Source of the DNA: Caldilineaceae bacterium
GTDB lineage: Bacteria; Chloroflexota; Anaerolineae; Caldilineales; Caldilineaceae
NCBI GenBank assembly: GCA_026989655.1
Contig: JALSIX010000077.1
Span: 490-64,489 of the forward strand
Length of the DNA: 64,000 bases
Direction: 5' to 3'
The translations under genes and the position numbers were made by a program. This document shows positions 1 to 9,209 of the stretch, piece by piece. A model generated the notes under the pieces. It was given only the letters and a program-made list of their open reading frames with translations. It did no database searches and was not told the origin of the DNA. Positions within the stretch are counted from its first letter, which is position 1; every line of letters begins with the position of its first letter.

Positions 1-3000
1 ATGGCCACGTCCAGATCGCCGTCGTTGTCGAAGTCCGCGAGAGCACTGCCCCGACCCAACAGCGGCCCCACCTGGGCCAGGCCCACCTGTTCCGTCCAGT
101 CGAAGAAGAGATTGGGCCGCTGTGGGCTCCCGTTCAGGTTCACCGTCCGATTGCGGAAGTAGCGGACCCGTTCCGGATCGGTCTCCAGGTTGGTCACCGG
201 GACCCGGCCGTTGACGATGAGGATGTCCGTGTCCGTGTCCTGGTCGAAGTCCGCCATGTGGACGCCCCATCCGGTGACCCCGTTGCCCAGGCCCGCGATG
301 CCGATGCGGAAGGTCGCGTACTGGAAGGTGAGGATCCCCTCCTCGGGCATCCGGTTTCGATAGAGGGCGTTCAGCTCCCGTTCCCAGTTGGTGATGAGGA
401 GATCTGTCCAGCCGTCGCCGTTGTAGTCTCCGCCGGCCACCCCCATGCCGCTGCCGGCATCGCCCACCTGGGCCTGTTCCGTCACCTCCACGAAGCGGAA
501 GCCGATCCCCTCCGGGTCTGCAGAGGGGCCGCCGGGCCAGGGCTCGTTGACGTAGAGGCGATTGGGTTGACCGTCGTTGGCCACGTAGAGGTCCAGGTCA
601 CCGTCCTGGTCGAAGTCCGCGAAGAGGGCCCCCAGGCCTCGCTCCTCCCGCACCAGGCCCACCTCCTGGGTGACCTCCCGGAAGGTGACCCGGCCATCCG
701 GGCCCGGCCCCTGGTTCAGATAGAGGCGATCCGGCAGGCCGTAGTAGTCCTGGGGGAACGCGCCCACCGGCTTGGGCACCCGCCTGTCCAGATCGATGTA
801 GGCGGCCACGAAGAGGTCTGGCCAGCCATCCCCGTTCAGGTCGCCGGCCGCGGCCGCGGTGTTCCACTCCGGGGCAGCCACCCCGGCCGCCGCGGCCCCT
901 TCGGTGAAGGTGCCGTCGCCGTTGTTCCAGAGGAGCACATCGGGCCCGTCTGCGGTGATGAAGAGATCGGTCCAGCCGTCGTTGTCCAGGTCCGCGGCCA
1001 GGCAGCCGTTGCCCCGGAGGGCGAGATCCGTGCCTGTGGCCTGGCTCACGTCCACGAACCGACCGCCCAGGTTGCGGAAGAGCCGGTTGCGGGGAAGCCC
1101 TCCCCGGGCCTCCCAGAGAGTGGCCTCGTCCTCGGCATAGGAGTTCACCAGGTAGAGGTCCAGCCAGCCGTCCCGGTCGTAGTCCAGCCAACAGAGGCCG
1201 CCCCCCATCGCGGCCACGGGATCGGCGTAGATCTCCTGGAGGAAGGCCCCGTGTCGGAAGGCCAGGCCCACCTCCGCGGCCACGTCTGTGAAGCGGATGT
1301 CGCCGGACATGGGAGAGGGGAGATCGGCCGCCGGCGCTCGCGGGGTGGGCGGTGGGGGAGCCGGGGAAGGTGGTGGCTGGGTGGCCGGGCGATCCGGGGA
1401 GGGGGCCTCCGAGGGGTCCGCCCCCTGCACGTCCTCCAGCCGCTCCACGGGAAGGCCGCTGGGCAGCTCCTGGGGGATGAGGTCCGAGAGATCCTGGGCT
1501 CTGGGATCCGTCAGGGCGTGGAGAAAGGCCACCAGATCGGCCACATCCTGGTCGTCCAGGGGCAGGCCCTGGGCCAGCCGGGGATCCACGGTGTCCCCCT
1601 GCTTCTCGGGCTCGAAGGGGCGCAGGCTGCTGTAGAGGAAGGGCGGGATGCCGTTGTCGCTGGGATCGTAGGTGGCCGCGCTGTCCCAGATGGCTGCGTG
1701 GTGGCGGATTGCGGCCTCCAGGGTGGCGAAGGCGCCGTCGTGCATGTAGGGAGGGGTCAGGGCCACGTTGCGCAGGCTAGGAGTTCGAAAGCGATAGCGG
1801 TCGCGCCACTGGAAGGTGACCCCGGCCCGGCCCCAGTCCTCCCGTCCGGTGTAGCCATGCCCCTTTCCGGGCCCGAGCTGGGGCACCAGCAGGTTGTAGA
1901 ACTGCTCGTCGGTGAACAGGTCTCCGCTGTGACAGGCCGCGCAGTTGACCTGGGGCTTCAGCTCGCCGAAGAAGAGGAGCGCGCCCCGCTTCTGCTGCTC
2001 GGTCAGCGCGTCCCGATCGCCGGCCAGGTAGCGGTCCCAGGGAGCATCGGTGAAGATCAGGGTGCGCTGGAACGCGGCCAGGGCCTCGGCCATCCGCTCC
2101 AAGGTGATGGGGTTCTCCCGGTCCCCGAAGACCTCTGCGAAGGCCTCCCGGTAGGCAGGGATGCCGTTGAGCCGTTCCACCAGGGCCCGGCGAATGGTCT
2201 GGGGGGCCAGTTCGCCGAAGGTGGCCCCGGCCATCTCGTGGGTGCTGACGATGGGGAAGAGGGCCTGGGCCGTCAGAGGGTCTGTGAGGCCCATGCGGTT
2301 CACCTCGGCCTCCAGGGTGCGGACCGGGCCGCCGGGCTCCTGCTGCTCCACCCGGCCGTCCCAGAACAGGGCCGAGAGGAGCGCGGCGTTCAGGACGGTC
2401 TGGGAGTTGCGGGGGATGAACTGGCCCAGGAAGGGGTTGCCCACCCAGGCATCGCCGTTCTCGTCCACCACCGCGGTGAGCCGACGCACCGGGCTGGCCT
2501 CTGGCCCCAGGCGCAGACGCTCCGCGAAGCGGCGCCCCGGCCCCAGGCCCACCCCGCCGCTGCCGATGGACAGGACCCGGCCGTCGGCCATGGCAAAGGC
2601 CGGGTTGTGGCAGGTGGCACAGGATATGTTGCGGTCGCCGGAGAGGATGGGGTCGAAGAAGAGATCGCGCCCCAGCTCGGTCAGGGGGCTCTCCGGCTCT
2701 CGGCGGTCCCGGCCGGGAAAGGGACGCAGCCCGAGCCGGGCCACCACCTCCTGGAGCGCGGCGTCCAGGTCCTCCACCGGACGGGGGGAGACGGGCGTTG
2801 GCGGGACCGAGGAGCCCGGAGGCGGCCAGCGGTCCGAGGTCGGGCCATTGCCGAAGGTGACCCGCAGGATGCGACCGTGGAAGACCTCGCTGATGTAGAG
2901 GGTGTCCGTCTCCCAGTCCCACAGCATGGCGCCGGGGAAGTTCAGCTCCGTGAGCACGGGCTCCAGGGTGCCATCCGGCAGCAGACGGCTGAGGCGGCCG

Positions 3001-3929
3001 GTCTTTGGGCGGTAGCCCGAGCCGTCGAAACAGCTGGCATCCGGGGTGAAGCGGGCGAACTCCAGGACCAACAGCCCCCCCGGAGACCAGGTCACGTCGA
3101 TGGGCATGTTCAGGCCATCCACCAGGGTCCGTTGGTTCCGCTCCTCGTCGATGGCCACCACCTGTCCGCCGCCTTCGGGATAGGGGCAGCCGCCGGTCAG
3201 GGTCACCACGTACTCGAAGGTGCCATCGGGCTTGTCCCAGCGGACGATGCCTGTGGGCACGGCCTCGATGGTGTCCCAGGGCTTCTCCGGGTTGGGCAGG
3301 TCTGCGAAACGGTGGATGAAGACCGTGCGGCCGTCCGGCGTCTCCTTGGCCACCCCGTTTTCGCTCGCGTCCGCGACCACGGGCACCCCGGTGGGGTCGT
3401 AGGTCATGTCGAAGGGATTGGTGAGCTGGACGTAGTTCCACGGCCGCATGGCCACGTCCAGATCCTCCGGGGTGAGGGGGGTATCGGGAAGGGCCAAGCC
3501 GTTTCGCTGCTGTTCCGGGGTCAGGGGAAGGACCCAAAGGTGGCCGGCGCCGAAGTTGCCCACGTAGATGCGGCTGCGATCCGGCGCGAGGCTGACCAAG
3601 GGCACCCCGGCCAGGTCGCCGGCATCCCGGGTGCTGGGAAAGCCACTGATGAGCCGCCCGGCCCGGCCGTCCGGGCGGATGAGGCTGACGCCGCCGCTGT
3701 CGTCCCGTTGGCCGGTCCCCTCCTCGGCCACCAACAGGCTGCCGTCCGGCAGCTTGGCCAGGCCGATGGGGCCCAGGAAACCTTCCTGGAAGATCTCCAC
3801 CCGGGGGCGATCCCAGGGGATGGGGGTCGGAGCGGGCTGGAGTTCGGAGGGGGTCTGAACGCCCACCAGGCCGCAGGCGGCCAGGAAGAGGGCCAGGATG
3901 AAGAGCAACAAGGGCTGTACGGTTCTCAT
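1..3929 (-). CDS. Large exported multidomain lipoprotein whose 3' end runs off the window: N-terminal beta-propeller-like region, di-haem cytochrome c peroxidase/MauG-like domain, and seven FG-GAP/VCBS (ASPIC/CRTAC1-like) repeats
   Basis: Hand translation of a minus frame that is absent from the ORF track because it has no stop inside the window. ATG at 3929-3927, then MRTVQPLLLFILALFLAAC (lipobox). Two haem motifs: CATCH at 2607-2621 (context GDRNISCATCHNPAFAMADG) and CAACH at 1929-1943 (context LLFFGELKPQVNCAACHSGDLFTDEQF). Seven DxDxDGxxD blades, e.g. ADFDNDGDLDVA at 3-38. The frame was checked as consistent at four separate points. The plus ORF 258..4004 is its antisense shadow. Confidence 0.8.
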   Translation of the reverse strand, partial: MRTVQPLLLFILALFLAACGLVGVQTPSELQPAPTPIPWDRPRVEIFQEGFLGPIGLAKLPDGSLLVAEEGTGQRDDSGGVSLIRPDGRAGRLISGFPSTRDAGDLAGVPLVSLAPDRSRIYVGNFGAGHLWVLPLTPEQQRNGLALPDTPLTPEDLDVAMRPWNYVQLTNPFDMTYDPTGVPVVADASENGVAKETPDGRTVFIHRFADLPNPEKPWDTIEAVPTGIVRWDKPDGTFEYVVTLTGGCPYPEGGGQVVAIDEERNQRTLVDGLNMPIDVTWSPGGLLVLEFARFTPDASCFDGSGYRPKTGRLSRLLPDGTLEPVLTELNFPGAMLWDWETDTLYISEVFHGRILRVTFGNGPTSDRWPPPGSSVPPTPVSPRPVEDLDAALQEVVARLGLRPFPGRDRREPESPLTELGRDLFFDPILSGDRNISCATCHNPAFAMADGRVLSIGSGGVGLGPGRRFAERLRLGPEASPVRRLTAVVDENGDAWVGNPFLGQFIPRNSQTVLNAALLSALFWDGRVEQQEPGGPVRTLEAEVNRMGLTDPLTAQALFPIVSTHEMAGATFGELAPQTIRRALVERLNGIPAYREAFAEVFGDRENPITLERMAEALAAFQRTLIFTDAPWDRYLAGDRDALTEQQKRGALLFFGELKPQVNCAACHSGDLFTDEQFYNLLVPQLGPGKGHGYTGREDWGRAGVTFQWRDRYRFRTPSLRNVALTPPYMHDGAFATLEAAIRHHAAIWDSAATYDPSDNGIPPFLYSSLRPFEPEKQGDTVDPRLAQGLPLDDQDVADLVAFLHALTDPRAQDLSDLIPQELPSGLPVERLEDVQGADPSEAPSPDRPATQPPPSPAPPPPTPRAPAADLPSPMSGDIRFTDVAAEVGLAFRHGAFLQEIYADPVAAMGGGLCWLDYDRDGWLDLYLVNSYAEDEATLWEARGGLPRNRLFRNLGGRFVDVSQATGTDLALRGNGCLAADLDNDGWTDLFITADGPDVLLWNNGDGTFTEGAAAAGVAAPEWNTAAAAGDLNGDGWPDLFVAAYIDLDRRVPKPVGAFPQDYYGLPDRLYLNQGPGPDGRVTFREVTQEVGLVREERGLGALFADFDQDGDLDLYVANDGQPNRLYVNEPWPGGPSADPEGIGFRFVEVTEQAQVGDAGSGMGVAGGDYNGDGWTDLLITNWERELNALYRNRMPEEGILTFQYATFRIGIAGLGNGVTGWGVHMADFDQDTDTDILIVNGRVPVTNLETDPERVRYFRNRTVNLNGSPQRPNLFFDWTEQVGLAQVGPLLGRGSALADFDNDGDLDVA

Positions 3930-4984
3930 GGTTCGGAGCGGATCAGGTTCAATACCAGGTCCGGGCGGTCCGAGATGAGGCCATCGACCCCCCACTCGAT
4001 GTAGCGGCGCATCTCCTGGGGTTCGTTGACGGTCCAGGGGATGACCAGGAGCCCCTGGGCATGGGCCTCCTGGACCACGGCCGGGGTGAGGAAGTCGCCC
4101 CGGGGCGAGTAGATGGCCGCTCCCTGGGCGGCCAGGGGTTTCACCGCCATGGGAGCCCGGGCCAGGGCCGAGAGGCGGATGGCAGGGTTCAGCCGACGGA
4201 TGGCCCACAGGGAACGGTGGTCGAAGCTCTGGACGATGGCCCGCTCCACCAGGCCCCGCTCCTGGATGAGCTGGACCAGGAGCTGCTCGAACAGGCCGGG
4301 GTTCTGGCCGTCGAAGCCGTCGCCGATGGTCTCCGGCAGGTCGGGGCGCCGCTTGGTCTCCATGTCGAACTGGACCCGGGCCGCGTTCTCCCGCCGGGCC
4401 CGGGGCTTGTCGGCTGCAGCCGCGTAGCGCGCCACGAAGTCGAACAGATCCTCCAGGCGGGGGATCCGATAGTCGTCCCCGGCCAGCTCCGTGGGCCCTG
4501 GATCCTGCAGGGGAAAGCGTTCGGGATCGGGGTTCCGGTCACAGCGGTACTGGCGCACCTGGGCGTAGGTCAGGTGGCGGATCCACAGGTCCTGGGGCGG
4601 CACGGTCGGGTCGTCTGGATCCGGGGCCGTGGGGCCCCCGGGCAGGGGGTCCAGCCGGCACTTGCTGGGCTTGATGGCGGGGTCGTGCCAGATGACCAAC
4701 ACATCGTCCGCGGTCAGGTGGAGGTCCAGCTCCAGGGTGGTGACCCCTAGGTCCAACGCGGTCTCGAAGGCCGGCAGGGTGTTCTCGGGCTTGAGGCCTC
4801 GCGCCCCCCGATGTCCCTCCACGTCGAAGTGTGGGGGCACGGCCAGCGTCTGCTCTGTGGACAGGGCCGGCACCGGTGTCCACGTGCCGCTCCCTTCAGC
4901 CGGGGCGAAGGGCGAGGTGGCCTGACAGGCGGTCAACAACAGGGCCAGGAGCCAGACGACGGATGTGCCGTGGAATCCATGCAT
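3926..4984 (-). CDS. Exported glycerophosphodiester phosphodiesterase (GDPD family, GlpQ-like lipoprotein)
   Basis: Tail of ORF 3926..5191, with the start moved to ATG 4984 (MHGFHGTSVVWLLALLLTAC, lipobox). GDPD signature HRGARGLKPENTLPAFETALDLGVTTLELDLHLTADDVLVIWHD, plus VIPWTVNEPQEM near the C-terminus. The stop overlaps the ATG of the next CDS (ATGA, 3926-3929). Confidence 0.9.
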   Translation of the reverse strand: MHGFHGTSVVWLLALLLTACQATSPFAPAEGSGTWTPVPALSTEQTLAVPPHFDVEGHRGARGLKPENTLPAFETALDLGVTTLELDLHLTADDVLVIWHDPAIKPSKCRLDPLPGGPTAPDPDDPTVPPQDLWIRHLTYAQVRQYRCDRNPDPERFPLQDPGPTELAGDDYRIPRLEDLFDFVARYAAAADKPRARRENAARVQFDMETKRRPDLPETIGDGFDGQNPGLFEQLLVQLIQERGLVERAIVQSFDHRSLWAIRRLNPAIRLSALARAPMAVKPLAAQGAAIYSPRGDFLTPAVVQEAHAQGLLVIPWTVNEPQEMRRYIEWGVDGLISDRPDLVLNLIRSEP

Positions 4985-5242
4985 GGAGCTGTCCGTGGAG
5001 TGGGGGAGGATGGTCCGAGCGCAAGCCCGGAGGGACGAGCCACGAAAGGTGCACACGAAGGGAAGGATGGGATGGGAGGAAAGAGTAAGGAGTAATGGGT
5101 GCAGGTTCCGAAGCCGGAATGCCCCCTTACTCCTTACCCGTTTCCTCGGTCGGTTCACCGGGCAGGGCTGTGCTGCCCCGACGCCCCTCACAGGTCCAGA
5201 AGGGCAGCACAGCCGTTCAGCCTGCTCGGCAGAACGCTCAGC

Positions 5243-6670
5243 CTACTCGAAGAACGCGTTGTACTCCTCCAGGAGCTGGTTGGCCTTCTCCGCGGCCTCG
5301 TCCAGGGCCTCCTGCGGGGTCAGGCCATCGTTCAGCACCCGGCTGTAGGCCTCCACGATCAGCCGTCGGATGGCCGGGAAGGGGCCGGCTCGGCCGCCCA
5401 GCACCGCGTAGTTGAGGGAGCCATCGTCCAGGGTGGTCTTGGTGGTCACCAGCTGGTCGATGGCCGTGCGGAAGTTCGGGTTCTCATCCCAGAACTCCTG
5501 GAGCCGCGGGTCCTCGTGGGCCTTCAGGTTGACCGGGAAGTAGCCAGAGCCCGTGTGCCAGAAGATCTGCTGCTCGGGAGCGGCCATGAACTTCATGAAC
5601 TCCCAGGAGGCCCGGTTGATCTCCTCGTCGCCGGAATCCACAAGCCAGAGGGCTGCGCCGCCGATGATCACGCCGTTGCGGTCGCTGCTGTCCGAGTGGG
5701 GGATGAACGCGGTGCCCACCTCGAACTCGGACTTCTCGATGATGGAGACGTCGGAGGTGGAGTCGATCTCGATGGCTGCCTGGCGGGTCTGGAAGGTGCT
5801 GTCCGTCTCCGTCCAGGTGCTGCCCAGGTTGGGGGCATAGCCCTCCTGGATCAGGCTGGTGAGGAAGGTGAAGACCTCCACGCCCTGGCCGCTGTTGAAC
5901 TCCACCGCGGTGGCCCGGCCCGTGCGGCCGTTGTTGTTGTTGAAGTAGAGGCCGCCGCTGTTGGCCAGGATCTGCTCGAAGTACCAGCCCACCTGGCCGA
6001 AGGTGAAGCAGTAGGGCGCGACCTCCGCCTCCAGGAGCTTGTCGCACAGGGCCTTGAACTCGCTGAAGCTCAGGCTGTCGTAGATGGGCTCCACCCCGGC
6101 CTGCTCGAACATCTCCACGTTGTAGTAGAGGATGGGGGTGGAGCTGTTGAAGGCCAGGGCCACCAGGCCGTTCTCGTCCGAGTAGTACTCTCGGACCGCG
6201 GGCACCAGGTCGTTGGGATCGAAGTCCTGGTACTTCTCGATCATCTTCCAGGCCGGGAGGACCACGCCGGTGTCCACCATGGCCTGGAACGCGATGTCGA
6301 AGTTCTGGGTGATGTGGGGCAGCCCCCCGGTCTCCATGGCCGCCTGGAGCTTGTTGAAGGCGTCGTCGTAGCTGCCCTGGTAGGTGGCGTTGACCACGAT
6401 CCGGTCCTGGCTCTCGTTGAAGCGGGCCACCAGGGCGTCCACCAGCTCACCCAGGTTGCCGCCCATGGAGTGCCAGAACTCCAGGGTGATCTTCTCGGCC
6501 GGGGCCTCTTCGGCCGGGGCCGCTTCCTCGGCCGGTGCGGCCTCCTCCGCGGGGGCGGCCTCCTCCGCAGGAGCCTGCTGGGCGGGCGCCGCGGGCTGCT
6601 GGGCCGGGCAGGCCGCCAGCACCATGGCCAACAGGACCAGGACGGTGAGGAGTTTGAACGTTCGTGTCAT
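5243..6670 (-). CDS. ugpB: sn-glycerol-3-phosphate / glycerophosphodiester ABC transporter substrate-binding lipoprotein (UgpB-like)
   Basis: ORF 5243..6898 trimmed to ATG 6670 (MTRTFKLLTVLVLLAMVLAAC, lipobox). Blocks match E. coli UgpB as I recall it: FWHSMGGNLGELVDALVARFN, FNSSTPILYYN, IIGGAALWLV, FMAAPEQQIFWHTGSGYFPV, ANQLLEEYN. Confidence 0.88.
   Translation of the reverse strand: MTRTFKLLTVLVLLAMVLAACPAQQPAAPAQQAPAEEAAPAEEAAPAEEAAPAEEAPAEKITLEFWHSMGGNLGELVDALVARFNESQDRIVVNATYQGSYDDAFNKLQAAMETGGLPHITQNFDIAFQAMVDTGVVLPAWKMIEKYQDFDPNDLVPAVREYYSDENGLVALAFNSSTPILYYNVEMFEQAGVEPIYDSLSFSEFKALCDKLLEAEVAPYCFTFGQVGWYFEQILANSGGLYFNNNNGRTGRATAVEFNSGQGVEVFTFLTSLIQEGYAPNLGSTWTETDSTFQTRQAAIEIDSTSDVSIIEKSEFEVGTAFIPHSDSSDRNGVIIGGAALWLVDSGDEEINRASWEFMKFMAAPEQQIFWHTGSGYFPVNLKAHEDPRLQEFWDENPNFRTAIDQLVTTKTTLDDGSLNYAVLGGRAGPFPAIRRLIVEAYSRVLNDGLTPQEALDEAAEKANQLLEEYNAFFE
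6494..6574 (-). repeat. In-frame tandem repeat of about four 18-nt units, encoding an (A)APAEE linker after the UgpB lipobox
   Basis: Protein segment APAEEAAPAEEAAPAEEAAPAEEAPAE, residues 33-59 of the UgpB-like protein. Confidence 0.85.
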
Positions 6671-6917
6671 GGGAGTGTACCTCCTTTGGAGATGGGTAGA
6701 TGGTGAGACGAAGCTCAACGACCGAGTTGAAAGCACAGAACCCTGCAGAACCCTATGGATGGAGAAGAGCCCTGGGATGGATGGAGGAGGAGGGCAGCCA
6801 GGATGCCCCGCGCCTCGGCACATGGCCTCGGGGCCATCGGCCAGCGGGCCGCGGAGATGGAAAGCCCATGCGATCGGGGCGTGTACGGTGCATGCCACTC
6901 CCCCACCATCCGTTGCC

Positions 6918-7807
6918 CTATCCCTTCAGCCCGGTCATCGCGATGCCCTGGACGAGCTGCTTCTGGGCCACCAGGAAGATGATCAGGGTGGGGCCCATGG
7001 CGATCATGGTGCCGGCCATGATGGGCCCCCAGTCCGCGCCCCGCTCCAGGGTGTTCATGAAGAAACGGATGCCGATCTGGAGGGTCCGCATCTCGTCGCT
7101 GTTGGTGATGACCAGGGGCCACAGGTACTGGTTCCAGGCGCTGAGGAAGGCGAAGATGGCGAAGGCGCCGATAGAGCCCTTGCTCAGGGGCACCAGGATC
7201 TGCCAGAGGTAACGCCAGTTGCCGGCCCCGTCGATCAACGCAGCGTCGTAGAAGTCCTTGGGAACGGTGAGGAAGAACTGGCGCAACATGAAGACGCCGA
7301 ACGCGCTGGCCAGGAAGGGCACGGTCAGGCCCTGGTAGGTGTTGGCCCACCCGATCCGGGAGATGAAGACGAAGTTGGGGATGAAGACCAGCTCGAAGGG
7401 CACCATCAGGCTGCCGATCACCAGGTAGAAGAGCCCATCCCGCCCCGGGAAGCGGAGGATGGAGAAGGCAAAGGCCGCCAGAACGCTGAAGAGCACCTGC
7501 CCCACCATGATCACCCCGGACTGGACCGCGCTGTTGAGCAGGTAGCGGTCGAACTGGGTCTTCTCCCAGGCCACGAAGTAGTTCTCCGCGGTCCACACCT
7601 GGGGCAACAGGTGGGGAGGGAAGGCGATGATCTTGGCCGGCTCCTTGAAGCTGGTGAAGAAGGCGATGAAGATGGGGGTGGAGATCACCAGGCCCACCGC
7701 CAGCAGGAAGAGATGCATCACCAAGCCGGTGGTGTCCACACGGAGGAAACGCGGCCGTTTGGGTGGAGCCATGGTCGACGCGGGCGCGGTCATGGGGATC
7801 CCTGTGC

Positions 7808-7811
<4 letters not shown>
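6918..7811 (-). CDS. ugpE: ABC transporter permease (UgpE/MalG-type)
   Basis: ORF 6918..7811 is multi-TM and carries the binding-protein-dependent transport EAA-type loop (AALIDGAGNWRYLWQILVPL). GTG start at 7811 overlaps the upstream stop (GTGA). Alternative ATG at 7793. Confidence 0.85.
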
Positions 7812-8773
<962 letters not shown>

Positions 8774-8942
8774 GTAGGCAACTCCGTTTTCACGTGTTCA
8801 TTCTCGCGTAGTTCAGCCGCCACCGCCCAGGGCTCAGGACATTCGGATGGGAAGACGGTGAGTGGGCGGCTCGTGTGTCGCCTGACGACGGGGGAAGGGG
8901 GTGGCGTGACAGAGCCCTGGGATCAACCACGTCTTTGGCCCT

Positions 8943-8971
8943 AGTATACACGGCTCTGGATGGGATGACAA
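8943..8971 (-). promoter_or_regulatory. Candidate sigma-70 promoter of the ugp-like operon (TTGTCA-17nt-TATACT)
   Basis: The minus strand reads TTGTCA (8971-8966), a 17-nt spacer, then TATACT (8948-8943). This lies about 165 nt upstream of the ugpA ATG. Confidence 0.4.
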
Positions 8972-9209
8972 GCTGGCGAGGAAAGTCGGACGGCTCCCCT
9001 GCGCAAGGTCGATGGTCTCCTCCGCCCAGCACGAAAACCGCGGATCTCGCCTCCACCGGGCGGGCAATCCAGAGCCTATCTCCGCCGGCCGGGCACACCC
9101 CCGGAGGGTCTCCGAGGAGGGCCCGGGGACAAGGACAGATGGCGCCTCCCCCCAACGGGCCAAGTGGGCAGACCTCCCCAGGTGCGAGACCCACCCGCCC
9201 CAGGACAGG

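Noticed and set aside
258-4004. 1248-aa plus-strand ORF, the longest ORF listed at the left edge
   Set aside because: Its composition is Gly/Ala/Val/His/Pro/Arg-rich with no recognisable motif. The opposite strand encodes a protein with a lipobox, two CxxCH haem sites and seven FG-GAP repeats, so this is an antisense shadow ORF of a high-GC gene.
8774-9209. 436-nt intergenic region inspected for a riboswitch, a small RNA or a small protein gene (ORFs 8790..9194, 8834..9163, 8875..9243)
   Set aside because: The listed ORFs have shadow-type composition. I found only a plausible promoter for the ugp-like operon and no recognisable RNA family signature, so no claim is made beyond the promoter.
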